Origin: a virus
Lineage: Duplodnaviria > Heunggongvirae > Uroviricota > Caudoviricetes
Strand: one strand, 5' to 3'
IMG/VR virus record: IMGVR_UViG_2737471826_000005
DNA length: 37,920 nt
Positions 20,009-28,603 of this stretch are shown one piece after another. The notes below the pieces were generated by a model. That model saw only the letters and a program-made list of their open reading frames with translations. It was not told the origin of the DNA and did no database searches. The translations under genes and the position numbers were made by a program. The first letter of the stretch is position 1. The number at the start of each line of letters is the position of its first letter.

Positions 20009-20316
20009 TCACTCCAGTATTTTTCCGGGCGGGCAATACCGGGGCCGCATTCCACGGTGTATTCCACAATATCCACACCAAGGCGACTCAGATCGGCAAA
20101 CCAGTCACCGGAAGGCCTCTTCTCCAGTTCCACCATCTTGCGATCTGCCAGGTAATCAAGCTCACGGCGCAGCTCCAGTTGCGTGGTGTCCGGGTAGATG
20201 GCGCGGGACACTTCCAGCAGCAGCGTCTCGCTGGCGGTATAAGGGCGGGTTTTGTTCAGGGCAACCAGCAGACTCCAGCGCAGGGATTCGCGGCGTACCC
20301 GGGTAATATCGACCAT
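20005..20316 (-). CDS. hypothetical protein
   Basis: 103 aa, translationally coupled in late operon. Confidence 0.5.
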   Translation of the reverse strand: MVDITRVRRESLRWSLLVALNKTRPYTASETLLLEVSRAIYPDTTQLELRRELDYLADRKMVELEKRPSGDWFADLSRLGVDIVEYTVECGPGIARPEKYWSE

Positions 20317-20642
20317 TATTGACCTCCGGTATTGCGGTACTGCTGTACCACTTCCAGTTTGTTGTAGAGCGCGTCCAGTTTGGCCTCGATGACTGTCTGG
20401 CCACGGATATAATCCTCGCGACGGACATAATTCAGCGGTAAATCCGCTTTAAATCGCATAAATTCTTTTTCCAGTTCGCCCCAGTTGGAGGCGGACTGTT
20501 GCAGGGCCTGCTCAAGGGAGGCGAATCGTGCCGCCTGGCGTTCTTCTGTTTTACTGAACAACCATTTGGCGAGCCCTCCCACAAACCCCATGAAGGTGAG
20601 CAAAAAACTCACCACCGTCCAGAATTCAACCTGCAGTGTCAT
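20316..20642 (-). CDS. small membrane protein with one N-terminal TM helix (lysis-associated?)
   Basis: 108 aa, hydrophobic FWTVVSFLLTFMGFVGGLAKWLF, directly after spanins. Confidence 0.5.
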   Translation of the reverse strand: MTLQVEFWTVVSFLLTFMGFVGGLAKWLFSKTEERQAARFASLEQALQQSASNWGELEKEFMRFKADLPLNYVRREDYIRGQTVIEAKLDALYNKLEVVQQYRNTGGQ

Positions 20643-21250
20643 TTCTGTAATCCTTCCCGTTCATCCAGTAGCGCGTTTATCTGGTTTCGCCAGCGACGAC
20701 ATTGCCCTGCGTTGTCGATGATGTTGGCAAGGACGTCAAGCTGGGAGACACCCGAATTGCGTAACCGGGCGTCAGCGGTTTCAGGTTGCCCGGTCGCTGC
20801 GCCAGTGCCGGTGCCAGCGGCGGCAACTGAGTCTGAATGACCGGTGTCGACGGATGCGTTGTCGTATCCGAGTGCGGCGTTGTACTGGCGCACGAAACCG
20901 CGAGTAAACACGCACTCAATGGGATGGCTCTTACCTTTTTCATCAATCCAGCGCTGTGTGACATCGTTAATTTGCCCCTGTAGTTGTTTGTTCTGGTCCT
21001 CCAGTTGAGCAATCTGCTCAAGATAACCAGCTTCAGCCCGTTGCCCGGCGGCTACCTGCTCCTGATAACGCTCAGACCATGCGCGCAACGCCGCCACCTC
21101 ACGCCGGGCCTGTTCTGCCCGGTATCCGTCAAAATCCGCCTGCAGGCGGCTGAGCGCCGCCTGACCGTCAGCGGAGGCCCGGTCGTGGCCTGTGCTGTAT
21201 CCCAGCCACCAGATCGCCAGCAGGAAGGTGTTCAGGAGAATGGCCAGCAT
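20639..21250 (-). CDS. Rz-like inner-membrane spanin
   Basis: N-terminal TM then Gln/Ala-rich coiled-coil-like region; ATG at 21250 (track ORF extends upstream to 21394). Confidence 0.65.
   Translation of the reverse strand: MLAILLNTFLLAIWWLGYSTGHDRASADGQAALSRLQADFDGYRAEQARREVAALRAWSERYQEQVAAGQRAEAGYLEQIAQLEDQNKQLQGQINDVTQRWIDEKGKSHPIECVFTRGFVRQYNAALGYDNASVDTGHSDSVAAAGTGTGAATGQPETADARLRNSGVSQLDVLANIIDNAGQCRRWRNQINALLDEREGLQK
20677..20943 (-). CDS. Rz1-like outer-membrane lipoprotein spanin, embedded in Rz gene in +1 frame
   Basis: MKKVRAIPLSACLLAVSC lipoprotein-type signal then Pro-rich tail; wholly inside Rz-like ORF. Confidence 0.6.
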   Translation of the reverse strand: MKKVRAIPLSACLLAVSCASTTPHSDTTTHPSTPVIQTQLPPLAPALAQRPGNLKPLTPGYAIRVSPSLTSLPTSSTTQGNVVAGETR

Positions 21251-21278
21251 AATGACCCGCCACGGCAGCGACCGTAAC

Positions 21279-21896
21279 TTACGTACCCACACAGCTTGCC
21301 CCTCCCCATGAGAGATAACGCGGGGCCAGCGTGAACAGGATGCGCTGGGGATAATGACGGTTCTCCCGCCAGCTGGCAGTGCTGCGTCCGGCATTCACCG
21401 TGGCGACATGACCAAACCAGCGGGTGCTGTCCAGCCCTTTTTGTGATGCAAGCCGCCTGTCCCGCTGTACCCAGCCCAGACCACCGTTATAGCCCGACAG
21501 TGTCATGGCCATACGCTCGCAGTCACTGGCGGCGCTGACGCGCTGCCACAGCCAGCGGTCATAGCTGACCAGCGCCCGGATGGCCCATGCCGGATTAAAT
21601 GGCTCACGGCTGTTAAGCCCCGGCATCAACTGACTTATCCAGTCGGCGGTGGCGGGCATGAACTGCGCCAGTCCCTGAGCGCCAACCGGCGAGATCGCAT
21701 CAGGTCGCCAGCCGCTTTCCTGATGCAGTTGCGCAGCGAAATCAGCCACCGGCGCAGACAGTCCCCATTCAAGCCGGGCATTACGGATCACATCATCGCG
21801 ATACTGCAGCGCTGCCTGCGGAGGCTGCGCTGCGCGGGCCTGACTGAAGAAGCCGCCACACCAGAGCAACATTGCGACAAAGAATACCCGTGCCAT
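21279..21896 (-). CDS. endolysin, soluble lytic transglycosylase (SLT) domain
   Basis: ESGWRPDAISPVGAQGLAQFMPATA SLT motif; start taken at MARVFFVAMLLWCGGFFSQARA (signal/SAR-like); ORF could start up to 22016. Confidence 0.8.
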   Translation of the reverse strand: MARVFFVAMLLWCGGFFSQARAAQPPQAALQYRDDVIRNARLEWGLSAPVADFAAQLHQESGWRPDAISPVGAQGLAQFMPATADWISQLMPGLNSREPFNPAWAIRALVSYDRWLWQRVSAASDCERMAMTLSGYNGGLGWVQRDRRLASQKGLDSTRWFGHVATVNAGRSTASWRENRHYPQRILFTLAPRYLSWGGASCVGT

Positions 21897-22018
21897 ATGA
21901 ACCAGAAAGGTCCCGGCGCGGACTGACAGGCGTTCGGTTCTGATGAAGACCCTAAAGGCTTCGAAAGCCAGTTTCAGGGACATGCATACAATCCAGGTGA
22001 TCTGCGGCCAGTTCATGA

Positions 22019-22369
22019 TTAAAGCCCCATCGCAACAGCCAGACAGACCGCTGCAACAATCAGTGCACGGCGGATTAACGCAGCAGAAAACACCAGGTGA
22101 AGGCCGGTCTGTACCGGGAAACGCCCATCAGCCATCAGCCTGTCGTCATGTTTCAGGTACTGACCGGGACGGGCTTTGGGGAAGAGCGAACGGTCAAGCC
22201 AGTAACCCAGCACTGCTGCCAGCGTGATGAGTGCCAGCTTGTAGATCACAACAGGCAACTGCTGTGGCGAGACCAGAGCGATGGTGCCCAGCAACAGCAC
22301 TGAGGTCAGCAGCCAGCCGCTGAGGCGAGGTTTTTTAACAGGGGGAATGAATTTTTTCAGGTTTTTCAT
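22019..22369 (-). CDS. holin-like membrane protein (three predicted TM segments)
   Basis: First gene of leftward late operon, AAGGAGA RBS before ATG at 22369. Confidence 0.5.
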   Translation of the reverse strand: MKNLKKFIPPVKKPRLSGWLLTSVLLLGTIALVSPQQLPVVIYKLALITLAAVLGYWLDRSLFPKARPGQYLKHDDRLMADGRFPVQTGLHLVFSAALIRRALIVAAVCLAVAMGL

Positions 22370-22499
22370 GTGTGTCTCCTTGTCTGGTGGAGACAGCATC
22401 ACAAATACAGGGCGCGAAGGATTTTAAAGCGCGTTAAGAGAGCCGGGGATACGGGATGTGCAGGATAAACGATGAATTATTCACAGAGGAGAATACGAT

Positions 22500-23243
22500 A
22501 TGACGCAGACACTGAATCCGGTCATCACTGTCACCGTGTCCGGTCCTGTGGGCAGCGGTAAAAGTTACATATTGGCGCGGATAGAGGAAGTGGTGAAACA
22601 GGAATTCGGGGGCAGCGTCATTGTCGATGCTGCAGACGTAGATGATGAGCGGCGTATGAGTGGCGATGATCTGACGACCTGGCAGAAGCCACGGGGTGGC
22701 ACAGTGATCAGGCTGGAGGAATACACGGGACAGGGCCTGTTGTCATACGGCGAGGAGCGTATCTGTCGGACGAATGAGCTGCTGGATGTTATATGCCCCA
22801 CGGGCCGGCAACCCTGGATACTGCCCGATGCACTGCATGCCACCATTGCGGCACTGATGACAGTTTACGATCAGGAGCTGCTCATGAAGGAGCTACGTAA
22901 ACTCACCGGTCAGCCAACAGAATGTTTTTCTGCCCCGAAGTACGGGAAACAGGAACACATCCCGGTGAACACGCTCCCCGTTAACCAGCCTCCCCGGTTC
23001 TTCGACGAATACATTCTGACACCGGAAAATAAAGCTGAGCACGAAGAGATCAAAGCGGCGTTGTTCCGGGAAATCAGGAAGATTGCTGAAATGCAACTGG
23101 GGGGCGGGCTGGACAGAGTGATGGCGAGAGGAGAATGGGAGTCGCTGTTTGAAAGAGTTTCCCCGGAATTACTTCCCCTCGCACTGGCTATCGGGATTAT
23201 GCAGACAGCGGATAAACCTCACTTACGTTCATTAAACACGTAA
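22500..23243 (+). CDS. P-loop NTPase/kinase-like protein, unknown function
   Basis: Walker A GPVGSGKS at residues 15-22; GAGGAG RBS; no family assigned. Confidence 0.6.
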   Translation: MTQTLNPVITVTVSGPVGSGKSYILARIEEVVKQEFGGSVIVDAADVDDERRMSGDDLTTWQKPRGGTVIRLEEYTGQGLLSYGEERICRTNELLDVICPTGRQPWILPDALHATIAALMTVYDQELLMKELRKLTGQPTECFSAPKYGKQEHIPVNTLPVNQPPRFFDEYILTPENKAEHEEIKAALFREIRKIAEMQLGGGLDRVMARGEWESLFERVSPELLPLALAIGIMQTADKPHLRSLNT

Positions 23244-23623
23244 CGCATAATCCGGGATACGCATTCAGCGATGACTGCATTTTCACCGGTTTTTACTGCA
23301 TCCAGAAGTGACTCTTTAAATGGTGCGGGCCGGGGCTGCAGAAGGGTCGGCGTGGCATTGAGCAGACGGAGCGTTTTTTCCGTGAGGACGACATCAGCCG
23401 CTCCCACAGCCAGCAACTGAGAGTAACGAATATAGCTGTTATCCCGAAGCCATATCAGCGTATCAATAAAATACCGGCACTTTTTCTGGTCGTGATCAAC
23501 CTGGTCCGGGATATCGAAAAAACCAGAATAAATCAAAACCTGAGGTGCCGGATGCGTGTTCAGTAATCGGCAGAATATTTTGCCGGTGAGTGCATAAAAA
23601 TCATCATTTAAGGAGTGCATCAT
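23219..23623 (-). CDS. hypothetical protein, convergent with P-loop gene
   Basis: 134-aa ORF filling an otherwise 378-bp gap; weak G-rich RBS. Confidence 0.4.
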   Translation of the reverse strand: MMHSLNDDFYALTGKIFCRLLNTHPAPQVLIYSGFFDIPDQVDHDQKKCRYFIDTLIWLRDNSYIRYSQLLAVGAADVVLTEKTLRLLNATPTLLQPRPAPFKESLLDAVKTGENAVIAECVSRIMRYVFNERK

Positions 23624-23837
23624 GAATCCCCGATTAACGTTAACAGAACATCAGCGCCGTGCTGAAGCAGTGAACAATGTTCTGGAAGATATTATCCGGT
23701 TACATCGCGGAGAACTGAGTGTCTGTCGTGCCGCTTTTCATTTTCAGGGAATACAAAAGCAGTTTGATACTTCTGTTTTTGCAGAAGGTATTACTTATGC
23801 CCTGGACCGGATAAGGTCAGAAAATCGCCCCGGATAA
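23622..23837 (+). CDS. hypothetical small protein
   Basis: 71 aa, strong AAGGAG RBS 6 nt upstream of ATG. Confidence 0.5.
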   Translation: MNPRLTLTEHQRRAEAVNNVLEDIIRLHRGELSVCRAAFHFQGIQKQFDTSVFAEGITYALDRIRSENRPG

Positions 23838-24028
23838 TCCCTAAACCACATTAACAGAAATCCCACTATCCCTGCCGCATCATGAAAGAACGACCAGCCC
23901 GGTGCTTCGGACCCACCGGGCTGGCCATCGTCCCACAGAAGTGGCTGTGAGCCGACCGAGGTTCAGTCAGTCTCGCGAGACCAGACTAGCCTGCCATATT
24001 TTTAATAATTGTAAAAGGCTTACAGATT

Positions 24029-24793
24029 ATGAAAATGAAGACATTACCCATCGTTCCATGGATTGGTGGCAAACGTCGCCTGGCAAAACACATCCTGCCG
24101 CTGTTTCCGGCGCATGAATGTTATGTGGAGCCGTTTTGTGGGGCAGCAGCGCTCTATTTTCTTAAGACACCCGGCAAGATCGAAGTCATCAATGATATCA
24201 ACGGTGAACTGGTGAATCTGTACCGGGTGGTAAAGCATCACCTGGAAGAATTTGTCCGCCAGTTCAAATGGGCGCTGGTCAGCCGTCAGATCTACAAATG
24301 GCTGCAGATCACCCCGGAAGAAACACTGACGGATATCCAGCGTGCGGCACGGTTCTACTACCTTCAGAAGCAGGCGTTTGGCGGCAAGGTGGCAGAGCAC
24401 AGCTTCGGTACCTCCACCACATCCCCGCCACGCTTCAACCTGCTGCGTATTGAAGAAGAACTGTCAGCAGCACACCTGCGGCTTTCCAGAACAGTCATAG
24501 AACACATGGACTGGCAACAGTGCATTGAGCGTTATGATCGTCCGCACACACTGTTCTACTGCGACCCACCGTACCTGGGTACGGAAGGCTATGGTGTGGA
24601 TTTTCCTGAAGGGAACTACTCGCGGCTGGCAGAGCTGGCCCGGTGCATCAGAGGAAAAATGATAATTTCGGTGAACGATATCCCACAGATGCGCGAGGTG
24701 TTCACTGGACTGAACATACAGACAGTGAACATCAACTACAGTCTGGCGGGGAAATCTACGCCGCGCCGTGAACTGGTAATCTGCAACTTCTGA
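24029..24793 (+). CDS. DNA N6-adenine methyltransferase, Dam (D12 class)-like
   Basis: N-terminal WIGGKRRL and catalytic DPPY motifs. Confidence 0.85.
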   Translation: MKMKTLPIVPWIGGKRRLAKHILPLFPAHECYVEPFCGAAALYFLKTPGKIEVINDINGELVNLYRVVKHHLEEFVRQFKWALVSRQIYKWLQITPEETLTDIQRAARFYYLQKQAFGGKVAEHSFGTSTTSPPRFNLLRIEEELSAAHLRLSRTVIEHMDWQQCIERYDRPHTLFYCDPPYLGTEGYGVDFPEGNYSRLAELARCIRGKMIISVNDIPQMREVFTGLNIQTVNINYSLAGKSTPRRELVICNF

Positions 24794-24825
24794 AACAAAA
24801 CCGGAAAGCACAATGCTTTCCGGTA
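24790..24825. terminator. hairpin between convergent dam-like and repressor genes; U-run on minus strand
   Basis: ACCGGAAAGCA / TGCTTTCCGGT stem; TTTTGTTTCA follows on minus strand. Confidence 0.5.
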
Positions 24826-24909
24826 AACCAAACAACTTCCACTATGTCACTGGCGATGTTTTCTGAAAGCATCCAGATCAACCACCTGTCCTTTGTGTCC
24901 AGGTCAAAA

Positions 24910-25248
24910 TCAGCCTGCGAGTTTGCTTGGTTTGGGTTGAATGAAGACTTTGCCGACCTCAAGAATTGCCCTCCGTTGTTCGGGGCTCATTTCGTCGAAT
25001 GCATCCATTAACTCTTTCTTTTCTTGTGACACATAAGGTGCAACAACAGGCTGACTCCGCACCCCAGTAACTACATACAAAATATCTACACCGATTTCTG
25101 ATAGTGCAGATAACTGCACTGCAGTAGGAGAAGTGCGATCTTTTTCCCAATCAATGAAAGTTCTCTTTGCCACACCTATAGCATCAGCCAACCCTTGCTG
25201 TGTAAGAGATAGACGCTCTCTTTCTTCTTTAATACGTAACCCGATCAT
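24910..25248 (-). CDS. prophage repressor, HTH XRE/cI-like
   Basis: MIGLRIKEERERLSLTQQGLADAIGVAKRTFIDWE HTH; divergent from early operon; track ORF is an N-terminal extension. Confidence 0.7.
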   Translation of the reverse strand: MIGLRIKEERERLSLTQQGLADAIGVAKRTFIDWEKDRTSPTAVQLSALSEIGVDILYVVTGVRSQPVVAPYVSQEKKELMDAFDEMSPEQRRAILEVGKVFIQPKPSKLAG

Positions 25249-25272
25249 GTGAGTTTTTCTGCACTCTTTAAG

Positions 25273-25301
25273 TTGACTGGTGAGGTAATCTGCACCATAA
25301 T
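25273..25301 (+). promoter_or_regulatory. candidate sigma70 early promoter with overlapping repeated TCTGCAC operator-like motif
   Basis: TTGACT, 17-bp spacer, CATAAT; TCTGCAC at 25258 and 25289. Confidence 0.45.
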
Positions 25302-25348
25302 CTATCACACATAAGGCAAACATCATTGCATCAACAAAGGAGACAACG

Positions 25349-25537
25349 ATGACTGCAGAACAAGTCAAAGCTCTCTTCCGCCAGCGCGGGATCACTTTCA
25401 CCCGCTGGGCAGAAGAAAACGGCTACAACCGCAATGAGGTATACCGCGTTCTCAATGGGCAGACCAAAGCCCGTTACGGTAAATCCCATGAAATCGCCGT
25501 GAAGTTGGGGCTGAAATCAACAGCTCAGGCAGCCTGA
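25349..25537 (+). CDS. small DNA-binding protein, Ner/Cro-like
   Basis: 62 aa, first gene of rightward operon, AAAGGAG RBS. Confidence 0.55.
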   Translation: MTAEQVKALFRQRGITFTRWAEENGYNRNEVYRVLNGQTKARYGKSHEIAVKLGLKSTAQAA

Positions 25538-25583
25538 AGATTTTGAGTCTTTGTAAAAGGTTATCACATATCGCAAAAGAGGT

Positions 25584-25898
25584 ATGCAGATGAGTAAGAC
25601 GAATGTTTCAAGCTCCGGCAGTCGCATCCTCCGGGTACTCAAAGCGCTGCGCGGTCATGCCCTGAACGGTATTTCCAACGGTGAACTGGCGGCAGCACTG
25701 CACGAGTCACCGGCAAACATCAACCGGGCACTCAACACCCTCATTGAAGAAGGGTTGGCCCTGAAACTGGAAAACGGGCGTTTCGCGCCGGGCATCCAGT
25801 TACTGCAGATCGCTATGGCCCACAGTAACGAGATGGCACGTGCACAGGATCGCATTAACGAAATCAACCAACGTGTCATTTCAGGTAGTCGTTTGTAA
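25584..25898 (+). CDS. putative winged-helix DNA-binding protein
   Basis: 104 aa, ...NGELAAALHESPANINRALNTLIEEGL... HTH-like. Confidence 0.5.
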   Translation: MQMSKTNVSSSGSRILRVLKALRGHALNGISNGELAAALHESPANINRALNTLIEEGLALKLENGRFAPGIQLLQIAMAHSNEMARAQDRINEINQRVISGSRL

Positions 25899-25908
25899 GG
25901 AGTAATAA

Positions 25909-26820
25909 ATGGGACGCACCAAATCACCGATTAACACTGAACTGAACGCCGAGGTACCGCTGTCGGATGATCTCAATGTCAGTCTGAACGCCATGACACA
26001 GCATCGTATGGAGATCATGCAGCAGTTTGGCGATGGTCAGCCCTATGAGCGTGATCGCATAGTTCATGAGGCTCGGTTTTATATGGCACAGAGCGCTGAG
26101 GCCATGCTGGAAGCAGGTAAACGACTTATTATTCTCAAAGAAAATGAACCTCACGGGGACTTTGTTGGAATTGTAGAAGAACAACTTGGTCTGCATGTGC
26201 GCGCAGCACAACGAATGATGAAAGCATCTTTGAAATACCTTTCACCAAAACTAGAGCCAAAAGCGACAACGTTGTCGCTTTTAGGTAAGGCAAAATTATT
26301 TGAACTTGTTGCTGAAGATGACGACGACCTTGCTGAACTGGCCGACGGTGGCACAGTTGCCGGACTGACGCTTGACGATGTTGATCGCATGTCAGTACGT
26401 GAATTGCGTCAGGCCCTGCGCGAAGCGCGCGAAACCAACGCAGCACAACAGCGCGTACTCGCCGACAAAAATGAAAAAATAGACTCACTCTCCACCAGAC
26501 TGGAGAAGAAATCCCGTATTCAGCCACCTGAGCCTGATGAAGAGGTGAAGAAACTGCGGGCAGAAGTGACCGCGTTAGCGGTTGAGGCGGAATCTGCCAT
26601 CGCCGTTCGACTGTCCAGCGCTTTTGAGACGCTGTGCGCATATTGTGCTGAAAACATGATTGATACCCCCAGAGACTTCATGGCAGGCCTGGTCTGTCAA
26701 CTGGAAAGCACAGCGCGTAGCCTGCGCTCCACATTTGACCTGCCGGACGAGCCAACAGGCAATGCAGCGCCTTCATGGCTGACTGAGCCGACGCCACAGA
26801 TTAACGGGCTGGAGGCATAA
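25909..26820 (+). CDS. hypothetical protein (acidic, coiled-coil-rich)
   Basis: 303-aa ORF immediately upstream of transposase. Confidence 0.5.
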   Translation: MGRTKSPINTELNAEVPLSDDLNVSLNAMTQHRMEIMQQFGDGQPYERDRIVHEARFYMAQSAEAMLEAGKRLIILKENEPHGDFVGIVEEQLGLHVRAAQRMMKASLKYLSPKLEPKATTLSLLGKAKLFELVAEDDDDLAELADGGTVAGLTLDDVDRMSVRELRQALREARETNAAQQRVLADKNEKIDSLSTRLEKKSRIQPPEPDEEVKKLRAEVTALAVEAESAIAVRLSSAFETLCAYCAENMIDTPRDFMAGLVCQLESTARSLRSTFDLPDEPTGNAAPSWLTEPTPQINGLEA

Positions 26821-26823
26821 CCA

Positions 26824-28593
26824 ATGAATGCTGCCCTGACTGAACGACTGGTTTATGTCGCCCGCGCGGCACGTGACGCGGGGCATGGTAAACGCGGCGC
26901 AGTATACGACGCTGCCTGTGCTGAACTTGGCATGTCCCGCGCCACTCTGCTGCGCAGGCTGAAGGAGGTATCTGTGACTGATAAACGCAAAAAACGCGCC
27001 GATGCCGGGCGCAGCGCCCTGACCCGCGACGAAGCCGCGCTGATATCTGCCACACTGCGTGAGGCCACCCGCAAGAACGGTAAGCGTCTCTATTCCATCG
27101 CGGATGCAGTGGAAACCCTGCGGGCTAACGGCTTTATATCCGCAGGCAGAACAGATGAAACCACCGGTGAGTTTTTCCCGTTGTCCGAAGATGCCATCAG
27201 CCGAGCCCTGCGTAACTATGGCCTGCACCCGGAACAACTGGATGCCCCTGCGCCGCATACCGAAGTGGCCAGTCTGCATCCCAATCATGTCTGGCAGATT
27301 GACGCCTCACTCTGCACGCTTTACTACCTGAGCAATGGACATAAAGGGCTGCAGGTGATGGACAGCGCGAAGTTCTACAAGAACAAGCCCGCTAACCTTG
27401 CCCGTATCGCCAGTGACCGCGTGTGGAGTTACGAGATTACCGACCATGCCAGCGGCTGGATTTACGTTGAGTATGTGACGGGCGCGGAATCAGGTGAGAA
27501 CCTGTGTTCTGTGCTTATCAACGCCATGCAGGAGCGTGGCGGCGCAGACGTGCTGCACGGTGTGCCGAAAATACTCTATCTCGACCCCGGCTCGGCAAAC
27601 ACCGCGGGTATGACGAAAAACATGTGCCGCTCACTGGGCATCGACCTGATAGCGCACAAGCCGCATAACGCCCGCGCCACCGGACAGGTGGAAAAGGCGC
27701 GGGACATTATCGAACGCAAGCTGGAGCCGGGTCTGAAGTTCCGGCCGGTTCACAGTCTGGAAGAACTCAACGCGCTGGCCGCGAAATGGCGCAGCCACTT
27801 TAACGCCACGGCTGTTCACAGCCGCCACGGTAAAACCCGCACGGATATCTGGCTGAAGATTACTGCTGAGCAGCTGAAAAAAGCGCCTTCCGTTGAGGTA
27901 TGTCGTGAACTGGCTGTGGCGGCACCAGAACTCCGCAAAGTCACGCCAAAACTTCGTGTCTCGTTCCGGGGCACTGAATTTGACGTATCAACGGTACCGG
28001 GCGTACTGGTTGGTGAAAAACTGATGATTACCCGTAACCCGTGGCGCAGCGATGTGGCACAGGTGGTTCTGACCGGTGAGGACGGCCACGAGACGTTCTT
28101 CCTGGTCGAAGAGGTCAGAAAGAACGAGTTTGGCTTTGCTGAAGGCGCGGCGGTATTTGGCGAAAGTTACAAAGCCCTGCCGGAAACCCCGGCGCAGATG
28201 GCGGCAAAAGAAACCGAAGCGCTGGTCACCGGTACAGACAACGCCGCAGATGCAGCTGCCGCACGCAAGGCGAAGGCGCTGCCGTTCGGCGGGCGGCTTG
28301 ACCCGTATAAACATATCGACGACACCACACTTCCGGCCTATATGCCGAAGCGTGGTCAGGCCTCTGACGTACGCGGGCCGCGCACTGAACAACGTCCCAT
28401 GACTTATGTGGAGGCCGCGAAAGCCCTGCGCGATAAGTTCAGCGCCAACGGCTTTACCTGGACGCCGGAACATTACCGCCAGTTAACGGCACAGTATCCG
28501 GACGGCGTACCGGAAGCCGCACTGGATGAAGTCATGGCCACGCTGACCACGCCGGCCCGCAGCAGCGTTATCAGTATTGTTAACGGCAACTGA
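26824..28593 (+). CDS. DDE transposase, Mu A-like
   Basis: 589 aa; HPNHVWQIDASL and YLDPGS integrase-core-like motifs; followed by B-like ATPase. Confidence 0.85.
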   Translation: MNAALTERLVYVARAARDAGHGKRGAVYDAACAELGMSRATLLRRLKEVSVTDKRKKRADAGRSALTRDEAALISATLREATRKNGKRLYSIADAVETLRANGFISAGRTDETTGEFFPLSEDAISRALRNYGLHPEQLDAPAPHTEVASLHPNHVWQIDASLCTLYYLSNGHKGLQVMDSAKFYKNKPANLARIASDRVWSYEITDHASGWIYVEYVTGAESGENLCSVLINAMQERGGADVLHGVPKILYLDPGSANTAGMTKNMCRSLGIDLIAHKPHNARATGQVEKARDIIERKLEPGLKFRPVHSLEELNALAAKWRSHFNATAVHSRHGKTRTDIWLKITAEQLKKAPSVEVCRELAVAAPELRKVTPKLRVSFRGTEFDVSTVPGVLVGEKLMITRNPWRSDVAQVVLTGEDGHETFFLVEEVRKNEFGFAEGAAVFGESYKALPETPAQMAAKETEALVTGTDNAADAAAARKAKALPFGGRLDPYKHIDDTTLPAYMPKRGQASDVRGPRTEQRPMTYVEAAKALRDKFSANGFTWTPEHYRQLTAQYPDGVPEAALDEVMATLTTPARSSVISIVNGN

Positions 28594-28603
28594 GGAGGGA
28601 AAC

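Noticed and set aside
24464-24962. Minus-strand ORFs 24464..24835 and 24756..24962
   Set aside because: Antisense to dam or spanning the terminator hairpin between dam and repressor; no start context.
24910-25401. Full 163-aa repressor ORF with long N-terminal extension
   Set aside because: The extension would cover the divergent promoter region and the start of the Ner/Cro-like gene; the HTH domain begins at the ATG at 25248, so the shorter CDS was used.
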